Shown: positions 48,111 to 58,482 of the stretch, piece by piece
Layout: each line of letters opens with the position of its first letter
How positions within the stretch are numbered: the first letter of the stretch is position 1
Source of the DNA: Longimicrobiales bacterium
GTDB lineage: Bacteria > Gemmatimonadota > Gemmatimonadetes > Longimicrobiales > Gaopeijiaceae
DNA: 64,000 bases
Assembly: GCA_963664435.2 (NCBI GenBank)
Contig: CAXXKM010000003.1
Location: 992,001 to 1,056,000 of the forward strand
Direction of reading: 5' to 3'
Made by a program: the position numbers and the translations under genes
The notes under the pieces: generated by a model
Seen by the model: only the letters and a program-made list of their open reading frames with translations
Told to the model about the DNA's origin: nothing
Database searches by the model: none

Positions 48111-51100
48111 CATCTCGACTCGGCGGCCCGTCGCCGTGGCCATGCTCTTCCTGGCCATCTCCCTGCTGGGAATCATCTCCTTCCTGCGGCTGCCCATCGA
48201 CCTTCTGCCCGACGTGAGCTACCCGCGCCTGGTGGTCTATACGACCTATCCCGATGTGGCGCCGGCGGAGGTGGAGCGGCTCATCACCGAGCTGGTGGAG
48301 GCCCAGGGGGCGGCGGTGCCGGGGGTCGAGAAGGTGACGTCGGTGTCGCGCGACGGGGTGAGCCTGGTGACGCTGCGCTTCGCCTGGGGCACGGACATGG
48401 ACTTCGCCATGCTCAACGTGCGCGAGCGCGTCGACAACATCCGCGAGTTCCTTCCCGAAACCTCGGAGCGGCCGCGCATCCTGCGCATCGATCCCGAATC
48501 CGAGCCCATCATGGTGCTCTCGGTGGCCGGAGGCACCGACTTGTGGGCGACCAAGGACTTCGTGGAGACGGTCTTCCGGCGCAGGCTGGAGCAGCTCGAC
48601 GGGGTGGCGCAGGCGGCGGTTACGGGCGGGCTTGACCGGGAGATCCAGGTGGAGGTGGATCCCGACCTGCTGCTCTCGTACGGGCTTGAGATGGAGGAAG
48701 TGGCGGTCGCGCTCGCCCGGGCCAACTTCTCCGCCCCGGGAGGATCCATCCTGCGCGGACGCTACCGCTACCCGCTCCGCACCCTGGGCGAGTTCCAGAC
48801 CGTCGACCAGATCGGGCAGGTGGTGGTGGGACGCCAGCAGACCGAGACGGGGGCAGAGCAGGAGAGCGAGGGCGGCTACCGGCTGGTGAGGCTGGACGAC
48901 GTGGCGCGGGTGGTGGACGGATTCGCCGACCGCGAGTCCATCGCGCGCTACAACGGCGCCGAGGCCGTGGGGCTGCTGGTGTACAAGGAGTCCGGTGCGA
49001 ACACGGTGGCGGTGGCCGACCAGATCGAAGGGGCGCTCGGGATCCTGGCGCTCGAGTTTCCCGACATCACCGTGGACATCGCCTACTCCCAGGCGGGGTT
49101 CATCTCCGATTCCATCAGCAACGTCGTGCAGGCCCTGGTGTTCGGAGGCATGCTGGCCTTCCTGGTGCTGTTCTTCTTCCTGCGCGATCCGCGCTACCCC
49201 TTCGCCATTGCGCTCGCGATCCCGATCTCCGTGGTGGGCGCCTTCGCGCTGATGGAGGCGTTCGGGGTCTCGCTGAACATCATGAGCCTGGGGGGGATGG
49301 CGCTCGGGGTGGGCATGCTGGTCGACAACTCCATCATCGTGCTCGAGAACATCTTCCGGCACCGGGAGCAGGGTGTTCCCTCGGTGGAGGCGTCGGCGCT
49401 CGGGGGCGAGGAGGTGCAGGGAGCGATCACGGCTTCGACCCTCACCACCATCTCGGTATTCGGACCGATCATCTACATCGAGGGGGTGGCGGGCGAGCTG
49501 TTCGGCGACCTGTCGCTGGCGGTGGCCTTCTCCCTGCTGGCCAGCCTGCTGGTGGCGCTGACCCTGCTGCCGGGGATGGCGGCGCGCTTCGTGGACCGGA
49601 AAAGGGTGTCCGACCGGCCTGAGCGGGCGAAGCCGGGGCGGCGGCCGGGGCGTCTGGCGAGGATCGGGCGGGCGTGCCTGTGGGTCGTGGCGCTTCCCTT
49701 CCGGCTGATCGCGGGAGCATTCGCGCTGGGACGCGCGCTGGCGGTCTTCTGGTGGGAGGGGGTGGCGGGGGTGTGCGGGCGACTGTTCGGGCCGCTGCTC
49801 ACCGCCTTCGACCGCGGGTTCCAGCGCTTCGCCGACCGCTATCACCAGCTTCTTGAAGTATCGCTCGATCACCGCGGGCGGGTGCTGGCCATCTCCGGGG
49901 CCGCGCTGGCGGCCACGCTGGCGCTCGCGCTCGCCCTGGACCGGGACCTGCTCCCGGACGTCGACCAGGGCGGGTTCCGGGTGCGCCTCGAGCTGCCGGA
50001 GGGGACGGGGTTGCCCGCAACCGCGCTGGCGGTGGAGGAGATCGAACGGGCGCTTCAGGGCGACCCCGGCGTCGAGACCGTCTTTTCCCGCGTGGGCGAG
50101 GACGTGCGCTCCTACATGGAGAGCGAGGAGACCTCGGGCGCGCACACGGGCAACCTCGAAGTGCGCCTGAATCCGGGGAGCGCCACGGGCGAGGTGCTGG
50201 AGCGGGCGCGCGAGGTGGAGGCTCGTTTCCCGCCGGGAACGCTGGCCTTCGAGGCCGGCCAGGCGACCGCGCTGGGCCAGGTGCTGGGTGGTGCCGACGC
50301 CGACATCGCGGTGCGCATCCGGGGTGAAAACCTGGAGGAGAGCTACGCCTACGCCGAGACCGTACGCGAAGAGCTGTCGACGCTGGCGGAGATCGGCAAC
50401 GTGCGGGTGGGCACCGGACGCGGACAGCCCCAGGTCCAGGTCGAGATACTGCGCGACGTGGCTGCGCGCCACAACATCGATCCGCGCCTCATCGCCGAGG
50501 AGATCGAGCGCGCCATGCGCGGCGACCGGGCCACCGAGTTCGTCGACTTCGACCGAAAGATCGACGTGGTGGTCAGGCTGCCCGACGCCCTGCGCTTCTC
50601 CGCCGAGACGCTCGAGACCCTGCAGGTGCGTGGCGTGCCGCTGCGCGAGCTGGTCAACGTCCGCGAAGCGGTGGGCCCGGCGGAGATCCACCGCGAGGAC
50701 CAGGGACGCGTGGTCACCGTCTACGCCGACGTGATCTCCGGCGGCCTCAACCGCGCGATCGCCACGGTGGATCGCGAGCTGGCCATGCTTCCGCCGCCCT
50801 TCAACGTGCGCGTCGACGTCGGCGGCGAGAACGAGGAGATGCGCCGCTCGTTCCGCGACCTCGCCTTCGCCTTCGGGCTCGCGCTGGTGCTCGTGTACAT
50901 GATCCTGGCGGCGCAGTTCGAGTCCTTCAAACATCCGCTGACCATCCTCATTTCGGTGCCGCTCGCGCTGTCGGGCGCGGTGCTGGCGCTCGCGCTTGCC
51001 GGCCAGAGCCTGAACACCATGAGCCTGATCGGGGTGGTCATCCTGGTGGGCATCGTGGTCAACGACGCGATCGTGAAGGTGGAATTCATCAACCAGGCGC

Positions 51101-51402
51101 GGACCCGCGGGTCCGCGCTGCGGGATGCGATTCTGGAAGCCGGGAAGGTGCGCCTGAGACCCATCGTCATGACCACGGTGACCACCGTCTGCGGGCTCAC
51201 GCCGCTGGCGCTGGGCATCGGGCGCGGGGCCGACCTTCGTGCCCCGCTCGCCATCGCGGTGATCGGGGGGCTGGTGGTGGCCACGGCGCTCACCCTCATC
51301 GTCGTGCCGGTGGTGTACTCCGTGGTGGAGAGCGGCCACGCGCGTCTCCGCGGCAAAGCTCGCGCGCCGCGCGCCGCCCGGGCCGCGGAGGTGATCCCGT
51401 GA
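48097..51402 (+). CDS. RND efflux permease 1
   Basis: RRPVAVAM, GMLVDNSIIVLENI and RLRPIVMTT. Confidence 0.95.
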   Translation: MSIPRISTRRPVAVAMLFLAISLLGIISFLRLPIDLLPDVSYPRLVVYTTYPDVAPAEVERLITELVEAQGAAVPGVEKVTSVSRDGVSLVTLRFAWGTDMDFAMLNVRERVDNIREFLPETSERPRILRIDPESEPIMVLSVAGGTDLWATKDFVETVFRRRLEQLDGVAQAAVTGGLDREIQVEVDPDLLLSYGLEMEEVAVALARANFSAPGGSILRGRYRYPLRTLGEFQTVDQIGQVVVGRQQTETGAEQESEGGYRLVRLDDVARVVDGFADRESIARYNGAEAVGLLVYKESGANTVAVADQIEGALGILALEFPDITVDIAYSQAGFISDSISNVVQALVFGGMLAFLVLFFFLRDPRYPFAIALAIPISVVGAFALMEAFGVSLNIMSLGGMALGVGMLVDNSIIVLENIFRHREQGVPSVEASALGGEEVQGAITASTLTTISVFGPIIYIEGVAGELFGDLSLAVAFSLLASLLVALTLLPGMAARFVDRKRVSDRPERAKPGRRPGRLARIGRACLWVVALPFRLIAGAFALGRALAVFWWEGVAGVCGRLFGPLLTAFDRGFQRFADRYHQLLEVSLDHRGRVLAISGAALAATLALALALDRDLLPDVDQGGFRVRLELPEGTGLPATALAVEEIERALQGDPGVETVFSRVGEDVRSYMESEETSGAHTGNLEVRLNPGSATGEVLERAREVEARFPPGTLAFEAGQATALGQVLGGADADIAVRIRGENLEESYAYAETVREELSTLAEIGNVRVGTGRGQPQVQVEILRDVAARHNIDPRLIAEEIERAMRGDRATEFVDFDRKIDVVVRLPDALRFSAETLETLQVRGVPLRELVNVREAVGPAEIHREDQGRVVTVYADVISGGLNRAIATVDRELAMLPPPFNVRVDVGGENEEMRRSFRDLAFAFGLALVLVYMILAAQFESFKHPLTILISVPLALSGAVLALALAGQSLNTMSLIGVVILVGIVVNDAIVKVEFINQARTRGSALRDAILEAGKVRLRPIVMTTVTTVCGLTPLALGIGRGADLRAPLAIAVIGGLVVATALTLIVVPVVYSVVESGHARLRGKARAPRAARAAEVIP

Positions 51403-51467
51403 CCGGCGTCGGCGGCTCCGGGCGGACCGGCGCAATGCCGCGCCCGGCGGTGGAGGTGGCGCGGTGA
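51399..51467 (+). other. 22-codon mini-ORF bridging the two RND permease genes
   Basis: GTGA overlap with the upstream stop (51399-51402) and the downstream start (51464-51467). Confidence 0.5.
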
Positions 51468-54400
51468 TCGGCGGGAGCATCCGCCGCCCCGTGGCGGTGG
51501 CGATGGGCTGCCTCGCCGTCGCGCTCATGGGAGCCAGCGCCTGGCGCAACATCCCCATCGAGCTGCTGCCGGATACCGACCTCCCCAGACTCAACGTGGA
51601 AGCGAGCTGGCGCGGCGCTTCCCCGGAAACGGTCGAGGCCTTCCTCACCTCCCCCATCGAATCCGTGGTCCAGCAGGTCAAGGGGGTGGAAAAGGTCATC
51701 TCCGTTTCCAGGGAAGTACAGGGGATGGGGACGTCCAGCATCGAGGTGCATTTCAGCCGCGAAACGGACATGGACTTCGCGCGGCTGGACCTCTCCGAGC
51801 GCCTCTCGGCCCTGGAGGAGGAGCTGCCACCTGCCGTCGAGCGGGTTCTGGTCCGGCCGTACATCCCTCCCGAATTCGAGTCCCGCGGCCAGCGCGGCTT
51901 CCTGCGCTACACCTATACCGGCCCCTACACGCTGGAGGCGCTCCGCTCCGACCTCGACGACCGGGTGGTCCCGGATCTCTCGCAGATCGAAGGGGTGGCG
52001 CTGGTGCAGGCGAGCGGGGGCCGCGAGCGCCTCATCGAGATCGAACTGAACGAGGACCGGGTCAGCTCGCTCGGGCTCTCGCCGGGCATGGTGAACACCC
52101 GGATCAACGACCTCGACCTGGTACGCGAGGCGGGCGCGATCCGGGCAGGCGGCCAGGAATGGTCGGTAACCATCCAGAACCGCGTCGCGCGCGCCGAGGA
52201 GATCCGGAACACGGTGCTGCTCGAGAACCGCGGCAGCGTGGTGCGGGTCTCGGATGTCGCGGATGTGCGCGACAGCTTCGAGGAGCCCCTGGGCTACAAC
52301 CGCATCAACGGCCGGCCCGCGGTCTCGTTCCTCGTGATCCGCGAGATCGGCGCCAACACGGTGCGCGCGGCGGATGCGGTCAAGGCACGCGTGGCGCAGC
52401 TGGAGCGCGCGGGCCTGGCCGGGACGACCATGCTCCTCGACTACGACGAGAGCGAGGACATCAAGGAGCAGCTCACCGACCTGCGGGCCCGGGCGCTGAT
52501 CTCCGCCTTCGTCATCTTCGCGGTGCTGCTCCTCTTCCTGCGCTCGTTCCGCTCCGCCGGGGTCGTCTTCATGACGATCGCGTTCTCCGTCCTCATCTCC
52601 CTGAACCTGATCTACTTCGGGGGCATGACCCTCAACCTGCTCACCCTGATGGGGCTGGCGATGGGGTTTGGTCTGATCGTGGACAACGCCATCGTGGTTC
52701 TGGAGAGCGTCTTCCGCCGCTGGCAGGCGGGGCGGGATCCGGTGGGCGCCGCGACCGAGGGCACCCGCCAGGTCGTGCTGCCGATCCTCACCTCCACCGC
52801 CACGACCCTCATCGTCTTCGTGCCTTTCGTTTTCCTGCAGGGGGAACTGCGGGTGTTCTATGTGCCGCTGGCGATCGTGGTGGCGCTGACGCTGATGGCG
52901 TCGCTGCTGGTGGCGTTCACCTTCATCCCGGCGCTGGCCGCCCGAGTCCTGCCGCGGGTGCGGATGGAGGAGAGAGCCGGCGCCGCGACCGTGCCCGCGC
53001 CGCTCGCGGAGACCGCCGACGCGCCGGGCCGAGAGGCCGCGCACCCCGGCATGACCGGTGACCGGGCCCAGGGCGCCGAACCCGGGCGTTCACCGTTCCG
53101 GCGCGGGCGCGCGACACCGCTCTACACCCGGATCTACTCGACCGTCATCGGCTTCACCCTGCGCCACGCCTGGCTGGCGGTGACGGCGGCGGTGCTGGCC
53201 TTCGGCGGGTCGTATTACCTCTTCGAGAACCACGTGACCCGCGGGGTGCTCTGGGGCGGGGGCATGGGGCTGGACACCTATGTCCTCATCAACATCGAGC
53301 TGCCGCGCGGCTCCGATCTCGAGCGCACCGACAACCTGGTGCGCTCCTTCGAGGAAAGGCTGGCCGCGATTCCGGAGGTCGAACGCTTCTCGTCGACCGT
53401 GAGAGGCACCTACGGGAGGATCACCATCAACTTCCCGGACTCGCTGGAGAACACCGGCATCCCCATGGCCATCAAGGAGCAGATGTTCAGCTACAGCCTG
53501 GGCTTCACGGGCGCCGAGGTGCGGGTGATCGGAGTCGGCCTGGGATTCTACGGCGGAGGTGGGGGCGCCAGCCCGAACTATTCCATGCAGGTGCTGGGCT
53601 ACAACTACGAGAGGGTGCGCGAGATCGCCGAAGACCTGGGCGACCGGCTCGCGCGCGTGCCGCGGGTGCGCACCATCGACACCAACTCCGCCGGGAGATT
53701 CGTCCGCGAGCGCGCCACCGAGTTCGTGGTCGAAGTCAGGCGGGACCAGCTGGCGCGCCACGACATTTCGGTTCAGGAGCTGGTCGCGCGCATGAACGCG
53801 GCCGTCGCCGGCCAGACCAGCGACGCGCAGCTCAAGATCGGCGGCGACGAGGTGCGCTACGAGGTCAAGCTCGAAGGATATCGCGAGACCGACGTACAGG
53901 AGCTGCTCGAGACCATCATCAGCACCTCCTCCGGCACCGGCATCCGGCTGGGCGACGTGGTCTCGATCGCCCCCGTTGACGTGCTCGCCTGGATCCGCCG
54001 CGAGGACCAGCAGTACGAGCGCACCGTGGCGTACGAGTTCGCGGGCCCGCGCCGGCTGGGCGACCAGTACTACGACGGCATCATCGAGTCCACCGAGCTT
54101 CCGGTGGGATATGTGATCGAGGAGGACCAGGGATTCCGCTGGAGCGAGGAGGACCGCCAGCAGATCTACGCGGTGCTGGCGGTGTCGATTCTCCTCATCT
54201 ACATGGTGACGGCCGCGCTCTTCGAGTCGGTGCGCCTGCCGCTGTGCGTCCTGCTCACGGTGCCGATGGCACTGATCGGCGTCTTCCTGATGTTCTTCTA
54301 CACGGGCGCGTCGTTCACCCGGGAGGCGTACGTGGGGGTCATCATGATGGGCGGGATCGTGGTCAACAACGCCATCCTGCTGGTGGACAACATCAACCGT

Positions 54401-54691
54401 GTCCGGCGCGAGTCCGGGGACGACCTGCACGCCGCCATTCTCGCGGGCACGCTCGAGCGGGTCCGGCCGATCCTGATGACCACGGCCACCACGGTGCTCG
54501 GGCTGCTCCCCCTGGTGCTCTTCTCCGAGACCGCCGACTCCACCATCTGGAACGCGCTCGGTTACGCGCTCATCGGTGGGTTGCTGTCCTCCACGGTCTT
54601 CGTGCTGGCCACCACCCCGGCCATCTACCTGCTCATCGAGGGGCGCCGCGCGCGATCGGGACGGATGGCCGCGCGGGCGCCGGCGGCCTGA
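51464..54691 (+). CDS. RND efflux permease 2
   Basis: RRPVAVAM, GLIVDNAIVVLE and RVRPILMTT. Confidence 0.95.
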   Translation: MIGGSIRRPVAVAMGCLAVALMGASAWRNIPIELLPDTDLPRLNVEASWRGASPETVEAFLTSPIESVVQQVKGVEKVISVSREVQGMGTSSIEVHFSRETDMDFARLDLSERLSALEEELPPAVERVLVRPYIPPEFESRGQRGFLRYTYTGPYTLEALRSDLDDRVVPDLSQIEGVALVQASGGRERLIEIELNEDRVSSLGLSPGMVNTRINDLDLVREAGAIRAGGQEWSVTIQNRVARAEEIRNTVLLENRGSVVRVSDVADVRDSFEEPLGYNRINGRPAVSFLVIREIGANTVRAADAVKARVAQLERAGLAGTTMLLDYDESEDIKEQLTDLRARALISAFVIFAVLLLFLRSFRSAGVVFMTIAFSVLISLNLIYFGGMTLNLLTLMGLAMGFGLIVDNAIVVLESVFRRWQAGRDPVGAATEGTRQVVLPILTSTATTLIVFVPFVFLQGELRVFYVPLAIVVALTLMASLLVAFTFIPALAARVLPRVRMEERAGAATVPAPLAETADAPGREAAHPGMTGDRAQGAEPGRSPFRRGRATPLYTRIYSTVIGFTLRHAWLAVTAAVLAFGGSYYLFENHVTRGVLWGGGMGLDTYVLINIELPRGSDLERTDNLVRSFEERLAAIPEVERFSSTVRGTYGRITINFPDSLENTGIPMAIKEQMFSYSLGFTGAEVRVIGVGLGFYGGGGGASPNYSMQVLGYNYERVREIAEDLGDRLARVPRVRTIDTNSAGRFVRERATEFVVEVRRDQLARHDISVQELVARMNAAVAGQTSDAQLKIGGDEVRYEVKLEGYRETDVQELLETIISTSSGTGIRLGDVVSIAPVDVLAWIRREDQQYERTVAYEFAGPRRLGDQYYDGIIESTELPVGYVIEEDQGFRWSEEDRQQIYAVLAVSILLIYMVTAALFESVRLPLCVLLTVPMALIGVFLMFFYTGASFTREAYVGVIMMGGIVVNNAILLVDNINRVRRESGDDLHAAILAGTLERVRPILMTTATTVLGLLPLVLFSETADSTIWNALGYALIGGLLSSTVFVLATTPAIYLLIEGRRARSGRMAARAPAA

Positions 54692-54694
54692 CCC

Positions 54695-56173
54695 GTGCGC
54701 GTTCGCTTCGCTCCGTCGCCGACGGGGTTTCTGCACGTCGGAGGCGCCCGCACCGCGCTCTTCAACTGGCTGCTCGCGCGCCAGAGCGGCGGGACCTTCG
54801 TACTGCGCATCGAAGACACCGACCGCGCCCGCTCTAGCGCTGCGATGACCGCCGCGATCCGGCGCGGGCTGGAGTGGCTCGGCATCGACTGGGACGAGGG
54901 GCCGTACTTCCAGAGCGACCGGGTGGCGGAGCACACCGCCGCCGGGCGCAAGCTGCTGGCGGCAGGGCGGGCGTACCGCGACTTCTCGACACCCGAGGAG
55001 CTCGCCCGCGACCGCGCCAACATCGCCGCCCTCGCGGGCGAGGCCACTCGGGCGGCCCGGCGGCGGGCGGAGTCGCTGGCGCCCGGGGAAGCCGACGAGC
55101 GCGCGGCGGCGGGCGAATCCCATGCGGTGCGCTTCCTCGTCCCGGAGGGTTCCACCGAATGGGAGGACGCCGTCCACGGCACGATGCGCTTCCGCAACCA
55201 GGACATCGACGACCTCGTCATCCTGCGCGCCGACGACGGCCCGACCTACAACCTCGCGGTGGTATGCGACGACGCTCACGCACGCATCGACATGGTGCTC
55301 CGGGGCGACGACCACTTGTCCAACACGCCCAAGCAGATCCTGCTGGCGCGAGCTCTGGGCTTCCCGGTGCCGCGCTTCGGCCACGTGCCGCTCATCCTCG
55401 GAGGGGACGGCAAGCGTCTTTCGAAGCGCCACGGGGCCACCGATATCGGCGAGTATCGGCGCGACATGCTGCCGGAAGCGATGGTCAACTTCCTTGCCCT
55501 GCTCGGCTGGTCCCCCGGCGACGATCGCGAGGTGATGGACCGGGACGAGATCATCCGGCGATTCTCGCTCGGGCGCATCCTCCGCAAGGGCGCCGTGTTC
55601 GACGCCGACAAGCTCGCCTGGCTGAACGGCCGGCATCTCTCGCGCATGGATCTCGCCCGGCTGGAGGCGCTCGTCAACGCCCGCCTGGCCGACCTGCAGC
55701 AGGCGAACGAGGCGGCGGTCCAGGACCGGCCGGGCTGGTACGAAGGCCTGCTCGACATGCTGCGGGCGCGGGCACGCAGCGTGGACGCGCTGGTCCGCAA
55801 CGTGTTGCTGTACCTGCCCGGCGAGGTCCGGTACGAGCCGGCGGCGGTGCGCAAGCACTGGAAGCGCCCCGCGCAGGCACAGGAGTACCTGGCAGCGCTC
55901 CGGCGGGTTCTGGACGGCTGCGAGTGGCAGCCGGAGCCGCTCGAGCACGCGCTCCGGGGTCTCGCCGAGGATCTCGGCGTCGGGGCGGGGCGCCTGATCC
56001 ACCCGCTGCGGGTTGCGCTCACCGGTCAGGCAGTCAGTCCGGGGATCTTCGACGTGCTGTACTATCTCGGGAAGGACCTCTCCCTCGACCGCATCGACAG
56101 AGCGCTGGAGACGCTCGCCGCGGGGCAGGCGGAGCTGCGGGCAGGGACCCGCGGCCGGGCGGCTCCCGCATGA
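54695..56173 (+). CDS. gltX: Glutamate--tRNA ligase
   Basis: RFAPSPTGFLHVGG, LRIEDTD, RGDDHLSNT, LSKRHG and PLRVALTG. Confidence 0.96.
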   Translation: MRVRFAPSPTGFLHVGGARTALFNWLLARQSGGTFVLRIEDTDRARSSAAMTAAIRRGLEWLGIDWDEGPYFQSDRVAEHTAAGRKLLAAGRAYRDFSTPEELARDRANIAALAGEATRAARRRAESLAPGEADERAAAGESHAVRFLVPEGSTEWEDAVHGTMRFRNQDIDDLVILRADDGPTYNLAVVCDDAHARIDMVLRGDDHLSNTPKQILLARALGFPVPRFGHVPLILGGDGKRLSKRHGATDIGEYRRDMLPEAMVNFLALLGWSPGDDREVMDRDEIIRRFSLGRILRKGAVFDADKLAWLNGRHLSRMDLARLEALVNARLADLQQANEAAVQDRPGWYEGLLDMLRARARSVDALVRNVLLYLPGEVRYEPAAVRKHWKRPAQAQEYLAALRRVLDGCEWQPEPLEHALRGLAEDLGVGAGRLIHPLRVALTGQAVSPGIFDVLYYLGKDLSLDRIDRALETLAAGQAELRAGTRGRAAPA

Positions 56174-56244
56174 AACTCCCGGAAGATCGCGGATGCGGTT
56201 GGGCAGCGCACCGCGACCTGCCCTGGGGCCGGGGAGCCCGGTGA
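56170..56244 (+). other. 24-codon mini-ORF bridging gltX and the next gene
   Basis: ATGA overlap at the gltX stop; GTGATG overlap at the downstream start. Confidence 0.45.
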
Positions 56245-56846
56245 TGCAAGCCGGCGGATCAGCTGGTCATCCGAGGCGGTGCGGCACGGCGATGTGGCAT
56301 CCGGGGCGCCGACGCCGAACGGCGAGGTTCGCCGCCTTCACCGTGACCGTGCTGACCGCCCTCGTTGCCCTCGCGCCCACGGCCCTCGCCGCGCAGCGGG
56401 CCAACCGCAAGGCCGTCGAGGTCATCTTCGACGTGCTCCGGCCGGGCGAACAGCCCACCTTCTTCGCCGAGCAGGTCGGGCGCCCCCCCGGGGCCACGGG
56501 CCGCGCCCTGCTGGACGACGAGAACCGGAGGGCGCTGGAGCAGCTCGGTTACGTCGAAGTCATGGCGGTCGAAGATGTGCTGCTCTGCCCCGAATTCCCT
56601 TCCGCCGAGGGTTGCCGGATCAGGGACGGGGGCGTCCTCTACCAGCTCGTCATGCCCGAACCCATCGCCGGCGGGCGGCTTTCGATGCGCGTGGTCCGCC
56701 TGATCGACGGGGCCGGCACCAACGGGGTGATCCGGCGCGAAGTGTGGGACATCCTGATGGTGCCCGACGCCGAGATGGGATGGCGGGCGGCGCGCACCCG
56801 CCTCGACGCCGCCGGCGACGGCCCGTGGGCGCCGCCGCCGGGTTAG
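56241..56846 (+). CDS. Exported hypothetical protein
   Basis: Signal-like segment (LTALVALAPTALAA-Q), a Cys pair, and GC3-biased codons; start uncertain. Confidence 0.65.
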   Translation: MMQAGGSAGHPRRCGTAMWHPGRRRRTARFAAFTVTVLTALVALAPTALAAQRANRKAVEVIFDVLRPGEQPTFFAEQVGRPPGATGRALLDDENRRALEQLGYVEVMAVEDVLLCPEFPSAEGCRIRDGGVLYQLVMPEPIAGGRLSMRVVRLIDGAGTNGVIRREVWDILMVPDAEMGWRAARTRLDAAGDGPWAPPPG

Positions 56847-56955
56847 TTGGAACCGGCCCCTCTCTCGAAACCCCTCGCCCGCCGATTCCTCCACACCGCA
56901 GGCTCGACGGAGGACGCTCCGGGCCGGTCGCGGCCCTGGGCCGGCCCTTCCTTCC

Positions 56956-58194
56956 TCAGACCCCGGCGCCCGCCTCCTCCTCCACCCCGTACCGCCGCCG
57001 CACGTAGTCGTCCACGATCTCCTTGAACTCGTCGGCCAGGCCTGCGCCCTTGAGCGTGCAGTAGTGGGCTCCGTCCACATAGACCGGGGCCTTGGGTTCC
57101 TCGAAGGTGCCGGGCAGCGAGATGCCGATATCGGCGTGCTTGGACTCGCCGGGACCGTTCACCACGCAGCCCATGACCGCCACGCGCATCTCCTCGACCC
57201 CCGGATGCTGGGACTTCCAGACCGGCATCCGGTCGCGCAGATAGCCCTGGATATCCTCCGCCAGCTCCTGGAAGAAGACGCTGGTGGTGCGCCCACAGCC
57301 CGGACACGAGGTGACCTGGGGCTCGAAGTTGCGGATCTCGAGCGACTGCAGAATCTGCTTCGCGACCCGCACCTCCTCGGTCCGGTCCCCTCCCGGGCGG
57401 GGGGTCAGCGAGACGCGGATGGTGTCGCCGATCCCCTCGAGCAGAAGCGGGGCCAGCCCCGCGGCGCTGGCGACAATGCCCGGAATTCCCATGCCTGCTT
57501 CCGTCAGCCCGAGGTGAAGCGCGTAGTCGCTCAGGGGCGCCAGCTTGCGATAAACGGTCACCAGGTCCTGCACCTTGGAGACCTTGGCGCTTATGACGAT
57601 GCGGTCGTGGCCCAACCCGACCTCCTCGGCAAGCACGGAGGAGCGTATCCCGCTCTCCACCATCGCATCCAGCACCACCTCGCCGGCGTCGCGCGGACGG
57701 GCGCGCTCCGCGTTCTCGTTCATCAGCTCGGTGAGCAGCCGCCGGTCCAGCGAGCCCCAGTTGACGCCGATGCGCACCGGCTTGTCGTATTCGATGGCCA
57801 GCCGGATGATGCTGCTGAAGTTCTCGTCGCGCCGCTTGGCGCCGACGTTGCCGGGGTTGATGCGGTACTTGGCCAAGGCGCGCGCGCACGCGGGCTGCTC
57901 GGCGAGCAGGATGTGCCCGTTGTAGTGAAAGTCGCCTACGATGGGGACCTCCACGCCCTGGTCGCGCAAGCGCGCCACGATCTCGGGGACGGCGCGCGCG
58001 GCCGGATGGTGGTTGACCGTGATGCGCACGAGTTCGCTCCCGGCGGCGGCCAGGGCGGCGACCTGCGCGGCGGTGGCCTCCGCGTCGGCGGTGTCCGTGT
58101 TGGTCATCGACTGCACGACGACCGGGTGATCCCCCCCGACCATCACGCCCCCGACATCCACGGCCGCCGAGGTCCGGCGTTTCACGTAACTCAT
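56956..58194 (-). CDS. ispG: HMBPP synthase
   Basis: [41 protein letters not shown] and [10 protein letters not shown]. Confidence 0.97.
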   Translation of the reverse strand: MSYVKRRTSAAVDVGGVMVGGDHPVVVQSMTNTDTADAEATAAQVAALAAAGSELVRITVNHHPAARAVPEIVARLRDQGVEVPIVGDFHYNGHILLAEQPACARALAKYRINPGNVGAKRRDENFSSIIRLAIEYDKPVRIGVNWGSLDRRLLTELMNENAERARPRDAGEVVLDAMVESGIRSSVLAEEVGLGHDRIVISAKVSKVQDLVTVYRKLAPLSDYALHLGLTEAGMGIPGIVASAAGLAPLLLEGIGDTIRVSLTPRPGGDRTEEVRVAKQILQSLEIRNFEPQVTSCPGCGRTTSVFFQELAEDIQGYLRDRMPVWKSQHPGVEEMRVAVMGCVVNGPGESKHADIGISLPGTFEEPKAPVYVDGAHYCTLKGAGLADEFKEIVDDYVRRRYGVEEEAGAGV

Positions 58195-58287
58195 CGCGTT
58201 TCCATGGCTGCGGGTTGTCATTCGCGCTCGATGGTGACAAATCTAGCACCCGGAATCCCTCTCCCTCCACCCACAGCGAGGAAACGA

Positions 58288-58482
58288 ATGTCACAAGTGA
58301 CGATGCGCGTCATCAGGAACGGACCCTGTCGAATCGATGGCGAAATCGAACTCCGAAACGACGCGGGAGACCCCATCGAAACGCGCCCCGGCAAGGCAAC
58401 CTTCCTGTGCCGCTGCGGCGGCTCGGCGAACAAGCCCTTCTGCGACGGAACCCACAAGCGCATCGGCTTCGAGGCGGACTGA
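58288..58482 (+). CDS. CDGSH iron-sulfur domain protein
   Basis: NGP...LCRCGGSANKPFCDGTH; 64 aa. Confidence 0.93.
   Translation: MSQVTMRVIRNGPCRIDGEIELRNDAGDPIETRPGKATFLCRCGGSANKPFCDGTHKRIGFEAD

Noticed and set aside
46738..51864. 1708-aa antisense ORF and many other long shadow ORFs (e.g. 8910-11312, 53090-56002, 25425-28061)
   Set aside because: They lie opposite or off-frame to well-supported genes and have no motifs; expected from high-GC codon bias.
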